Source: Mariprofundales bacterium (GTDB taxonomy: Bacteria > Pseudomonadota > Zetaproteobacteria > Mariprofundales > J009). From it: a stretch of 59,624 bases of DNA. The notes beneath the pieces were generated by a model. The model did no database searches, had not been told where the DNA came from, and saw nothing but the letters and a program-made list of their open reading frames with translations. Numbering within the stretch: position 1 is the stretch's first letter; each line of letters starts with the position of its first letter. Of the stretch, positions 45,233-54,185 are shown piece after piece. The stretch covers positions 1 to 59,624 of the forward strand of contig JAUZRF010000007.1 in assembly GCA_030950645.1 (NCBI GenBank), written 5' to 3'. The translations under genes were made by a program, and so were the position numbers.

Positions 45233-45418
45233 GTAACTACTCAGATTGCTCCCGTTTTTCCTGATAGTGGCGTTGAAAAATGCCCATTTACAGTAGTAAA
45301 CTCCGCTTTTTCGCCTTGCTATCAGAAAAACCGGAAGCAATCTGAGCAGTTACAACCATTTTTTGGGTAGGGTGCCGAGCAGTTACAGCCAGTTTTTGGT
45401 AGGGTGCTAAGTAGTTAC
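45233..45418 (+). mobile_element. MITE copy: 121-bp core (45233-45353) plus two tandem beta modules (45348-45386, 45381-45418)
   Basis: 7/8 TSD TTCCACCG (45225-45232) / TTCCGCCG (45419-45426). The outer terminus reads CTAAGTAGTTAC, so the gcvPB strand has TAG in place of the usual CAG. Confidence 0.9.
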
Positions 45419-46879
45419 TTCCGCCGTTAAAATTGGCTGGCGTGCGGCGCGGGTTTCATCGAGTCGACGGCGGGGGGCGTTGCTGGGGGCGGCCATGATG
45501 GCATCGGTGTCGCCCAGCGCTGCCCGTTGGGCGATGGCAAGCATGGCATCGCAGAACGCATCTAAGGTGGCCAGCGATTCGTTTTCGGTCGGCTCAATCA
45601 GCATTGCACCATGGACAATCAATGGGAAGTAGATCGTCATCGGGTGAAATCCAAGCTCAATCAGTGCTTTGGCAATATCCAGTGTTTTGATGCCGTGGCG
45701 ATTTTGTATCGCATCGGTCAATAGGCATTCATGTTTGCAGATGCCGGGGAAGGGGAGGTGGTATGCCTGTTGCAACCGTACCCGCACATAGTTGGCGTTC
45801 AGCACCGCATCGTGGGCAATCTTATGCAGATGGTCGCGGCCAAAAGCGGCGATAAAGGCCGCTGCACGCAGCAATACCCCGCTCTGGCCGATCGCGCCGA
45901 GCATACTGCCGATGGATTGCGGGGAGTGGTGCTCAAGGTGGAATCGCCCCTCCTCACAGATGATGCGCGGGGTGGGTAGAAATGGTGCCAATGCCGCATT
46001 GACTGCCACCGGACCCGCTCCGGGACCGCCACCACCATGTGGGGTGGAGAAGGTTTTGTGGACATTGATGTGCAGACAGTCGATGCCCATATCTCCCGGC
46101 CGTGCCACGCCAACCATCGCATTGAGGTTGGCGCCATCGCCATAGACCAGTCCGCCAGCCTGATGTACTAGCCGAGTGATCTCAGCGATATCACTCTCGA
46201 ACATGCCGGTGGTGTTGGGGTTGGTCAGCATCAGTCCCGCCACTTGATCGCTTAAATGGTTGCGCAATGCCGTCAGATCGATGCGGCCATCCGCGCCGGA
46301 GGGAAGCTCCACTGGGGTGAAGCCGCATAGCGCGGCACTGGCTGGATTGGTGCCATGGGCGGAGTCGGGCACCAGCACAATCTTACGGCCATGGTCACCA
46401 CGGGAGGCATGGTAGGCGTGGATCATCATCATACCAACCAGCTCGCCGTGGGCACCAGCGGCGGGTTGTAGGGTGACATGGGGCAGCCCTACAATCTCCC
46501 CTAACCACTGCTGCAGATCATAGAGCAGCGACAGCATCCCCTGTACGGTAGCATCGGGCTGGTCGGGGTGAATATCGGCGAGTCCAGGCAGGCGTGCAAG
46601 CTGCTCATGCAGTCGCGGGTTGTACTTCATGGTGCAGGATCCCAGCGGGTAAAATCCGGACTCGATGTGATAGTTCCATTGCGATAATCGTACAAAATGG
46701 CGCACCACCTCAGGCTCAGAAAGCCCCGCTATACCAGTACGATGGTGACGCAAGAAAGGGGTCAGAGCTTCGGGAACTTCGCCGTGAACACCGGGAAGGT
46801 CGATTGCCTTCTCCTGTTGGTGGGCGCGTTCGAACAGCAGTGGCTCTTCGTGAATCAGGGCTGATGCGGCTGGTGGCAT
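45407..46879 (-). CDS. gcvPB: Glycine dehydrogenase (aminomethyl-transferring) subunit 2
   Basis: ~490 aa with the PLP-Lys region ..LHINVHKTFSTPHGGGGPG.. ATG 46879 has a GGAGA RBS. The ORF track extends to 47005. Confidence 0.9.
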   Translation of the reverse strand: MPPAASALIHEEPLLFERAHQQEKAIDLPGVHGEVPEALTPFLRHHRTGIAGLSEPEVVRHFVRLSQWNYHIESGFYPLGSCTMKYNPRLHEQLARLPGLADIHPDQPDATVQGMLSLLYDLQQWLGEIVGLPHVTLQPAAGAHGELVGMMMIHAYHASRGDHGRKIVLVPDSAHGTNPASAALCGFTPVELPSGADGRIDLTALRNHLSDQVAGLMLTNPNTTGMFESDIAEITRLVHQAGGLVYGDGANLNAMVGVARPGDMGIDCLHINVHKTFSTPHGGGGPGAGPVAVNAALAPFLPTPRIICEEGRFHLEHHSPQSIGSMLGAIGQSGVLLRAAAFIAAFGRDHLHKIAHDAVLNANYVRVRLQQAYHLPFPGICKHECLLTDAIQNRHGIKTLDIAKALIELGFHPMTIYFPLIVHGAMLIEPTENESLATLDAFCDAMLAIAQRAALGDTDAIMAAPSNAPRRRLDETRAARQPILTAEVTT

Positions 46880-46940
46880 GGGGTCTCCGTGAAAAACAGG
46901 GGTTGATGTGGTGGCAGCACTGAAGGGGGAGGTAGAGGGG

Positions 46941-48362
46941 TTATGCGTCGCGCCCGTACTGATCCTCAAAGCGCTCGATATCATCCTCACCGAGGTATTC
47001 ACCAACTTGAACCTCCATGATCTGTAGTGGAATCTTGCCTCGGTTCGCTAGTCGGTGCATCTCACCAATCGGGATGTAGGTACTGGCATTCTTGGCTACG
47101 GTGAAGGTCTCGTCTCCGCGAGTGACGGTCGCGGTGCCGGCAACCACCACCCAGTGCTCGGAGCGATGCTGGTGGCGTTGTAGGCTTAAGCTTGCGCCAG
47201 GTGCTACCTCAATCAGCTTGAGCTTGTATTCCATGTCATCTTCGTTGAGCACGGTGTAGCTGCCCCATGGGCGACGAACGGTGGTGTGCTCAACATGCTC
47301 GCGGCCACCGCGCACCTTGAGCTGCTCTACCACCTCGCGCACGCGCTGACTGTCGCCGCGCTTGGTCAGTAGAATGGCATCGGGGGTCTCCACCGCGATG
47401 AGATCCTCCAGTCCGATCGCGGTGATGAGGCGCGATTCGCTGCGCAACAGGGTGTTGTGGCAATCCAGCGCGATGACATCACCGGCAATCGCATTCCCGT
47501 CGGCATCCTTGTCGGAGACCTCATACACCGCATCCCAGCTGCCGATATCCGACCAACCGGGATCGCACGGCACCAGTTGTACACAATCGCTTTTTTCCAA
47601 CACCCCGTAATCGATGGAAACATTGGGCATCGCAGCAAAGTCCGCTTTGACCACCTCTTGCCATGGCTGCGTCCGCCATGCCTGGCGCATCTGCGCTACC
47701 AGTGCCGCAACCTCGGGAAGGTGGTTGGCGATTTGATCGAGAATGGTCGAGCAGCGCCAGACAAACATGCCAGAGTTCCAGAAGAATCCGCCTTGGGCAA
47801 GGAAGGACTCGGCGGTGGTAAGATCTGGCTTTTCACGAAATTGGATCACCTCGCGCACTGCGGCATCGCCACGGGTCTCAATGTAGCCAAAACCGGTGTC
47901 GGGTCGATCTGGGGTGATGCCGAAGGTTACCAGCACTTTGTGCTGTTCAGCGCGGGTAATGGCCTGTTGCAACGCCTGTTGAAAAGTTGGAACATCATGG
48001 ATGAGGTGATCAGCGGGGAGCACGACCATCACCGGATCCGTACCGTGCTGATCCTGGATCAGTGCGGCGGCCAGAGCGATGGCGGGTGCGGTGTTGCGTC
48101 CGACCGGTTCAAGAATGGTGTTGAGTTGGCGTAGATCTGCATAGGCCTCACCCAACGCAAACCGTTCGCTGGTGATGACCCAAGCATTTTCATTGGTCAC
48201 CAGTGGATGGAGACGATTCAGCGTGGCGGCAAGCATGGTCTCTGCGCCATTAAGCTGGAGAAATTGCTTGGGTAATTGCTGGCGCGATAGCGGCCACAGT
48301 CGGGTGCCGGAGCCTCCTGCCAGGATGACGGCCACAGTAGTGGAAGGTGATGGTTTATTCAT
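46941..48362 (-). CDS. manC: Mannose-1-phosphate guanylyltransferase / mannose-6-phosphate isomerase
   Basis: ILAGGSGTRLWPLSR N-terminal NTP-transferase motif and a C-terminal cupin (..HRSEHWVVVAGTA..). Confidence 0.9.
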   Translation of the reverse strand: MNKPSPSTTVAVILAGGSGTRLWPLSRQQLPKQFLQLNGAETMLAATLNRLHPLVTNENAWVITSERFALGEAYADLRQLNTILEPVGRNTAPAIALAAALIQDQHGTDPVMVVLPADHLIHDVPTFQQALQQAITRAEQHKVLVTFGITPDRPDTGFGYIETRGDAAVREVIQFREKPDLTTAESFLAQGGFFWNSGMFVWRCSTILDQIANHLPEVAALVAQMRQAWRTQPWQEVVKADFAAMPNVSIDYGVLEKSDCVQLVPCDPGWSDIGSWDAVYEVSDKDADGNAIAGDVIALDCHNTLLRSESRLITAIGLEDLIAVETPDAILLTKRGDSQRVREVVEQLKVRGGREHVEHTTVRRPWGSYTVLNEDDMEYKLKLIEVAPGASLSLQRHQHRSEHWVVVAGTATVTRGDETFTVAKNASTYIPIGEMHRLANRGKIPLQIMEVQVGEYLGEDDIERFEDQYGRDA

Positions 48363-48916
48363 GCGCGATACTCCTTGAGGTAGTCGAGCACCTTGTTGAC
48401 GCTCTCTTGCTGGGTTTCCTGTTCCGTATCGAGGATAATTTCAGGATTTTCAGGGGCTTGGTAAGGGTCTGAGACACCAGTAAACTCCTTGATTTCCCCT
48501 CGAATGGCGCGGGCATAGAGCCCTTTGACATCACGCGCGGTACAACACTCGACACTCGCATTGACGAAGACCTCGACGAAGCTGCCACCACCCGCAGTGG
48601 CCTCAACCATCGCCCGCACCTCACTTCGGGTGGTACGGTAGGGGGAGATGGCGGCGGTAAGTACGGAGGCGTGGTGTTTGACCAATAGCTGGCACACCCA
48701 GCCGATGCGCAGGATGTTGGTGTCACGATCCTGGCGTGAAAAACCCAGACCTTTGCTGAGATTGGTTCGCACCACATCGCCATCAAGCAGTTCCAACTCG
48801 CTGGCAATCCCTTGGCGCAATCTATCCGCTACCGCTGTGCTAACGGTGCTTTTCCCCGCGCCAGAGAGCCCAGTAAACCAGATACAGCTAGGTTGTAGGT
48901 TCCAGTTGTTCATCAT
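48359..48916 (-). CDS. cysC: Adenylyl-sulfate kinase
   Basis: P-loop FTGLSGAGKST. 4-nt overlap with manC. Confidence 0.9.
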   Translation of the reverse strand: MMNNWNLQPSCIWFTGLSGAGKSTVSTAVADRLRQGIASELELLDGDVVRTNLSKGLGFSRQDRDTNILRIGWVCQLLVKHHASVLTAAISPYRTTRSEVRAMVEATAGGGSFVEVFVNASVECCTARDVKGLYARAIRGEIKEFTGVSDPYQAPENPEIILDTEQETQQESVNKVLDYLKEYRA

Positions 48917-48934
48917 CGATTCTCCACTTTTTTT

Positions 48935-49055
48935 GTAACTACTCAGATTGCGTCTGGTTTTCCCGATAGCGGCGTTGAAAAATGCTCATTTACAGTAGTA
49001 AACTCCGCTTTTTCGCCTTGCTATCAGAAAAACCAGACAAAATCTGAGTAGTTAC
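48935..49055 (+). mobile_element. MITE copy, 121-bp core (arm-covarying variant)
   Basis: GTAACTACTCAGATTGCGTCTGG...CCAGACAAAATCTGAGTAGTTAC. No TSD recognised. Confidence 0.85.
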
Positions 49056-49067
49056 TCTTCTTCATTA

Positions 49068-50489
49068 TTACCGCATCCAAGTCGTCCCATCCAGCGTATC
49101 TTTGAGTGTGATTCCCATCGCATCGAGTTCGGCACGCACGGCATCGGCTGCTGCAAAATCGCGTGCTTGGCGCGCCTGATTGCGCCGGGTAATCAGTGCC
49201 TCGATTTCCGATGCGTTATCGTTGCTATTACTGGTAGCCTCACCGTGGAACCAGGTGCGGGTATCTTGTTGCACCAGCCCCAGCTGGTCGCACATGGCGA
49301 CAAATTGTGCTGCTAATGTTGTCAATCCCTCGTTTTCCACCTTCCGGTCCAGTCTGCGATTGAGTTCGCGGGCGGACTCAAACAGCACCGCCAGTGCCTC
49401 GGGGGTGTTGAAGTCGTCGTTCATCGCTTTGGCAAATGCGGCGGGTAATGCCCCTGCGACAACTGCATCCAGCCGTTGGCGGGTAGCATAGAGTCGATCA
49501 AGTGCTGCTTTGGCGCTGTCCAGTGCTTGATCAGAGAACTCCAACGGTGAGCGGTAGTGGGTAGCGGTGATGAACATGCGTACAATTTCAGGGTGGTAGC
49601 GCGCAGTTACCTCACGAATAGTAAAGAAGTTTCCGAGCGATTTGGACATCTTTTCATTATTGATGTTGACGAAGCCGTTGTGCAACCAGTAGCGGGCGAA
49701 TGCTCCGCCGTTGGCAGCGCGGGCTTGGGCGATTTCGTTCTCGTGGTGGGGAAAACGAAGATCCATGCCGCCGCCGTGGATGTCAAAGCTGGTTCCAAGG
49801 TGGGCGCAACTCATCGCTGAGCACTCAATATGCCAGCCGGGTCGGCCGCTGCCCCACGGGGAGTCCCAGGCAGGCTCACCGGGTTTGCCCATTTTCCACA
49901 GTACGAAATCGAGCGGATCGCGTTTACTGGTATCAATCTCAACCCTGCTTCCTGACTTCAGATCATCAAGGTTTTTGCCCGATAGTCTGCCATAATCCTC
50001 AAAGCTGCGTACCGCATAGAGCAGATCTCCGGAGGTGGAGATATAGCCGTGACCGCTGGCCAGCAGCGCCTTGATCATGGTGATGATTTCGGTCATATGG
50101 GCGGTAGCGCACGGTTCCGCATCAGGTCGCAGGCAGCCTAAGGCATCGGTATCGGCGTGAAAGGCGTCGATCATGCGTGCGGTCAGGGCATGGATCGGCT
50201 CGTTGTTCTCATGGGCGCGAGCGATGATTTTGTCATCAATATCGGTGAAGTTGCGGACAAAATTGGTGGTGAAACCAAGCTGGCGGAACCAGCGATAGAT
50301 GTGATCAAAGGCGACCATGACCCGTGCGTGGCCGATGTGGCAGTAGTCATAGACCGTCACGCCACAGAGGTAGATCCCTACCGCCCCGGGCTTGCGTGGC
50401 GCGAAGAGCTCTTTTTGTCGGCTCAGGGAGTTGTAGATTCGTAGTGAGGCTATATTTTGCTTGCTGGTGGGTTGTGCTGGGTGTGTCAT
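49068..50489 (-). CDS. cysS: Cysteine--tRNA ligase
   Basis: HIGH (CHIGHAR) and KMSKS motifs. Start trimmed to ATG 50489. The ORF track extends to 50579, into argF. Confidence 0.95.
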   Translation of the reverse strand: MTHPAQPTSKQNIASLRIYNSLSRQKELFAPRKPGAVGIYLCGVTVYDYCHIGHARVMVAFDHIYRWFRQLGFTTNFVRNFTDIDDKIIARAHENNEPIHALTARMIDAFHADTDALGCLRPDAEPCATAHMTEIITMIKALLASGHGYISTSGDLLYAVRSFEDYGRLSGKNLDDLKSGSRVEIDTSKRDPLDFVLWKMGKPGEPAWDSPWGSGRPGWHIECSAMSCAHLGTSFDIHGGGMDLRFPHHENEIAQARAANGGAFARYWLHNGFVNINNEKMSKSLGNFFTIREVTARYHPEIVRMFITATHYRSPLEFSDQALDSAKAALDRLYATRQRLDAVVAGALPAAFAKAMNDDFNTPEALAVLFESARELNRRLDRKVENEGLTTLAAQFVAMCDQLGLVQQDTRTWFHGEATSNSNDNASEIEALITRRNQARQARDFAAADAVRAELDAMGITLKDTLDGTTWMR

Positions 50490-50493
50490 GGCG

Positions 50494-51402
50494 TTATTGG
50501 TTGAGGATGAGCTCCAGCAGTGCTTTTTGGGCATGGAGACGGTTCTCCGCCTCATCCCACACCACCGATTGCGGGCCATCCATAAGCTCTGCGCAGACCT
50601 CTTCGCCGCGATGCGCGGGCAGGCAGTGCATGAAGAGTGCGGTTGGCTTGGCCAGTGCCATCAGGGTGCCATTGACTTGAAAACCGACGAATGCCTGTTC
50701 GCGTGCCGCCTGTTCCTGCTCTTGTCCCATTGATGCCCAGACATCGGTGGTGACCAGATCGGCACCATCGGTGGCGACGCGGGGATCCTGCGTTAGTTCA
50801 ATCGAGGCACCTTCGGACTTGGCCTGTGCCATCAATCCTGCATCCGGCAGGTAGCCTTCAGGGCAGGCCAACCGTAGCTGGTAGCCGAACACCGATGCGC
50901 CATTGATCCATGAGTGCGCCATGTTGTTGCCATCGCCGACCCAGGCCACGGTTTTGCCACTGATATTGCCACGGTGCTGCTCGAAGGTCATGACATCGGC
51001 CAAAATCTGGCACGGATGCGACCAATCGGTGAGTGCGTTGATCACCGGCACCGATGCGTGGGCGGCGAAACGCTCCACTACATCGTGGCCAAAGGTGCGG
51101 ATCACCACCCCATCGACCATGCGCGACAGCACGCGCGCCGAATCCTCTACCGGTTCACCACGCCCTAGTTGGGTGGTGCTGGCGTGGAGAAAAAGTGCGT
51201 GACCACCAAGCTGGTACATGCCGACCTCAAACGAGACCCGGGTACGCGTGCTCGCCTTATCGAAGATCATCGCCAGCGTTTTTCCGGCTAGGGTAGGGTG
51301 GGGCTCGCCACGGTGTTGCATCCTTTTGAGCTCGGCGGCGCGCACCATTAGCCATTGTCCTTGGTCGCGGGTGATGTCGGTCAGTTGCAGAAAATGGTTC
51401 AT
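50494..51402 (-). CDS. argF: Ornithine carbamoyltransferase
   Basis: STRTRVSFE and HCLPAHRGEE motifs. Confidence 0.95.
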   Translation of the reverse strand: MNHFLQLTDITRDQGQWLMVRAAELKRMQHRGEPHPTLAGKTLAMIFDKASTRTRVSFEVGMYQLGGHALFLHASTTQLGRGEPVEDSARVLSRMVDGVVIRTFGHDVVERFAAHASVPVINALTDWSHPCQILADVMTFEQHRGNISGKTVAWVGDGNNMAHSWINGASVFGYQLRLACPEGYLPDAGLMAQAKSEGASIELTQDPRVATDGADLVTTDVWASMGQEQEQAAREQAFVGFQVNGTLMALAKPTALFMHCLPAHRGEEVCAELMDGPQSVVWDEAENRLHAQKALLELILNQ

Positions 51403-52568
51403 ATCCAGTGATATTCCTTTAGTACCGCGGTGAGAATCTCGACCGCTTGATCAATCTCTTGCCTGGTGATGGTGAGCGGTGGCAGCAGGCGCAGCACATT
51501 GGGGCCGGCCGGAAGCAGCAGTAGCCCACGCTGGCGGCAGGTGGTGATGATCTCCGCCACGGACTGACCACAATCGAGCCCGAGCAATAGACCTTGGCCA
51601 CGGACGACCATCCCCTTACCGCGCATCGCCAATTGCTGGAGGGCGGTGATCAGTTGGGTGCTCCGTTGCTGCACATTGGTCAGCAGATCGTCGCGTTCGA
51701 TCACCTCCAGCACGCAGTTGGCCGCAGCACAGGAGAGCGGATTGCCGCCGAAGGTGGAGCCGTGGCTGCCGGGGGTAAAGGATGCCGCCACCCGCTCGGT
51801 TGCCAGCAGTGCGCCAATCGGTACGCCACCGCCTAACCCTTTGGCTAGGGTGAGCATGTCTGGACAAATCCCCGCCTGCTCAAAGGCGAACATGCTGCCG
51901 GTGCGGCCAATGCCGGTTTGAATCTCATCAAGGATGAGCAGAAGACCCTGTTGATCGCACAATCGGCGCACGCCGCGCAGGTAGTCGGGGTGGGCGAGGT
52001 TAACGCCGCCCTCGCCTTGCAGGGGTTCGAGTAGGATGGCTGCGGTGGAGGGATCTATTGCTGCGCTCAATGCATCGAGATCATTCAGTGGCACATGGAT
52101 AAAGCCAGTTGGCAGCGGGCTAAAACCGACCTTGACCTTCTCCTGACCGGTGGCGGCAATGGTTGCTAGCAGACGGCCGTGAAAGGATTGGTTGGCGGTG
52201 ATGATGGTGTGTCGGGTGGATGGTTGATCAAAGAAAAACTTGCGCGTCAGCTTGATCGCCGCCTCGTTGGCTTCGGCGCCGGAGTTGCAAAAGAATGCCC
52301 GATCCAGCCCCGATAGTTGGCATAATCGGGTTGCTAGCTGTTGCTGCTGCGGGATGTGGTAGAGGTTGGAGCAGTGCAGCATGGTTTGTGCCTGTTCAGT
52401 AATCGCGCCTATCAGGTCTGGGTGGTTATGCCCTAAAGTGTTGACGGCGATACCGGCAACAAAATCGAGGTACTCTCGACCTTGATCATCATAGACTTTA
52501 GCGCCATCACCGCGCACCAAGGTGAGCGGATAGCGGCCATAGGTGGTCATGATGTGTGGCGAATCCAT
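51399..52568 (-). CDS. argD: Acetylornithine aminotransferase
   Basis: Class III aminotransferase (..LILDEIQTGIGRTG.., ..TLAKGLGGG..). 4-nt overlap with argF. Confidence 0.9.
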   Translation of the reverse strand: MDSPHIMTTYGRYPLTLVRGDGAKVYDDQGREYLDFVAGIAVNTLGHNHPDLIGAITEQAQTMLHCSNLYHIPQQQQLATRLCQLSGLDRAFFCNSGAEANEAAIKLTRKFFFDQPSTRHTIITANQSFHGRLLATIAATGQEKVKVGFSPLPTGFIHVPLNDLDALSAAIDPSTAAILLEPLQGEGGVNLAHPDYLRGVRRLCDQQGLLLILDEIQTGIGRTGSMFAFEQAGICPDMLTLAKGLGGGVPIGALLATERVAASFTPGSHGSTFGGNPLSCAAANCVLEVIERDDLLTNVQQRSTQLITALQQLAMRGKGMVVRGQGLLLGLDCGQSVAEIITTCRQRGLLLLPAGPNVLRLLPPLTITRQEIDQAVEILTAVLKEYHWI

Positions 52569-52577
52569 CGGCGAAAA

Positions 52578-53324
52578 CTACGCCCTTATTTGGATGCCGT
52601 CGATGGCTGCATGGTGGGCGATGGGCAGGGTATCGCCCAAGGGGGTGCCAAGGGCGATCGCCGCAGCGATGGCGGCGGCGGCGCGGCAGCCAGTACCATG
52701 CGCTTGATCCAAGGTGAGAGGCAGGCGCACGCTATTGTGGTGGGTGATGGCGCCATCAGCTTGCGCCAAAGTATCGGCAATCGCACTGCCCGCGCCATGC
52801 CCCCCCTTTAGCAGGACAGCGCAGCCGAATTGGGCGGCGAGGGTGCGAGCATCCGAGGTGGCATCTTGCACTGGATGGCCGAGGAGTACGGCGGCCTCTT
52901 CCATATTGGGGGTGATCAGGGTGGCGTGGGGAATTAGGTGGTGAATCAGGGCATCAACCGCTGCTTCAGACAATAGGCGGCGACCGGATGAGGCCACCAT
53001 CACCGGGTCGATCACCAGTGCGGTGTGGGGGAAGTGGGCGGCGATGCCATCGGCTACCGCTACGATGCGTTCGGCATCCACCAGCATGCCGGTTTTGATC
53101 GCTCCGATGGGATAATAGTCGGCAATAGCGGCGATCTCTGCGGCAATTTGGGCGCAAGAGACTGGTTCGATACGGCGGATTTCTCGTGGATTCTGGGCGG
53201 TGAGGGCGGTAATCACCGAGCAGCCGTGTACTCCGGCTTGATGGAAGATGGCGAGATCCGCCTGAATCCCCGCACTACCGCAGCTATCGGAGCCGCCAAT
53301 GGTTAAACATGCTGTTTGCATCAA
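52578..53324 (-). CDS. thiD: Hydroxymethylpyrimidine / phosphomethylpyrimidine kinase
   Basis: LTIGGSDSCGSAGIQADL and ..VLLKGGH.. ribokinase-fold ThiD motifs. Confidence 0.9.
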   Translation of the reverse strand: MMQTACLTIGGSDSCGSAGIQADLAIFHQAGVHGCSVITALTAQNPREIRRIEPVSCAQIAAEIAAIADYYPIGAIKTGMLVDAERIVAVADGIAAHFPHTALVIDPVMVASSGRRLLSEAAVDALIHHLIPHATLITPNMEEAAVLLGHPVQDATSDARTLAAQFGCAVLLKGGHGAGSAIADTLAQADGAITHHNSVRLPLTLDQAHGTGCRAAAAIAAAIALGTPLGDTLPIAHHAAIDGIQIRA

Positions 53325-53338
53325 GTAGAAAAGAAATT

Positions 53339-53407
53339 ACCACCGAGGCACAGAGAACACAGAGAAGAAAAATAGCTCTTTTCTCTGTGTCTTTGTGCCT
53401 CGGTGGT
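53339..53407. other. Second-family long hairpin (~27-bp stem)
   Basis: ACCACCGAGGCACAGAGAACACAGAGAA (53339-53366) pairs with TTCTCTGTGTCTTTGTGCCTCGGTGGT (53381-53407), with one mismatch and one bulge. Lies between thiE and thiD, next to a MITE end. Confidence 0.7.
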
Positions 53408-53424
53408 GAAACTTCAGTTTTTTC

Positions 53425-53545
53425 GTAACTGCTCAGATTGCTTCCGGTTTTTCCGGTAGCAAGGCGAAAAAGCGGAGTTTACTACTGTAAATGAGCATTT
53501 TTCAACGCCGCTATCGGGAAAACCGGGAGTGATCTGAGTAGTTAC
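53425..53545 (-). mobile_element. MITE copy, 121-bp core
   Basis: GTAACTGCTCAGATTGCTTCCGG...GGGAGTGATCTGAGTAGTTAC. No TSD. Its right 35 nt are the last 11 codons of thiE. Confidence 0.85.
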
Positions 53546-54185
53546 ATTCTTGGTCGCCGTTCCACAGTTGCATCAATTGGCGTGCTTGCTTTGTGATGTC
53601 ATTGGCGGCAAAGAGGCCGGAGATGATTGCTGCGGCATCAGCTCCGGCGGCTTGTACTGCTATCACATTGCTGGCATCAATGCCGCCAATGGCGATTAGG
53701 TTGGCGTCGGGGAAGAAGCTGCGTGCCTTGGCTAGACGAGGTAGACCAATGGCGGGCACCTCGGCCTTGCTTGTGCTGGGGAATATTGCACCGAAGGAGA
53801 GGTAGGATGCACCATTGGTCAGTGCAGATTTGGCCAGTGCGGCATCGGCGCGGCAGGTGATGCCCACGATGAGTCCGGCCTCGCGCGCATTGGTGATCTC
53901 CTGCCAGGTGGGCATATCCTCGCGCCCTAAATGGACGCCATCGGCACCGCTCTCGGTGGCTAGTGGAATCGAGTCGTTGATGATGAGGGTCGCGTCGTAG
54001 AGCCGGCATAGCTGGCGCAGGCTAGTGGCGCGCTTGAGGCCGCGTCTGAATCCCTGCTTTTTGTCGCGTAGTTGTAGGGTGTGAATGCCGCCGTCGAGTG
54101 CGGATTCCGCTTTGGCTAGTAGCGATTTTAGCGGCAGATCTGCGGGAAGGATGGCATAGATTCCCGCGATACGCGAGGCCGTCAC
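53511..54185 (-). CDS. thiE: Thiamine-phosphate synthase
   Basis: TMP-TENI fold (..LQLRDKK.., ..IGGI..). The C-terminal ..CNYSDHSRFSR is MITE-encoded. Confidence 0.9.
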   Translation of the reverse strand: MTASRIAGIYAILPADLPLKSLLAKAESALDGGIHTLQLRDKKQGFRRGLKRATSLRQLCRLYDATLIINDSIPLATESGADGVHLGREDMPTWQEITNAREAGLIVGITCRADAALAKSALTNGASYLSFGAIFPSTSKAEVPAIGLPRLAKARSFFPDANLIAIGGIDASNVIAVQAAGADAAAIISGLFAANDITKQARQLMQLWNGDQECNYSDHSRFSR

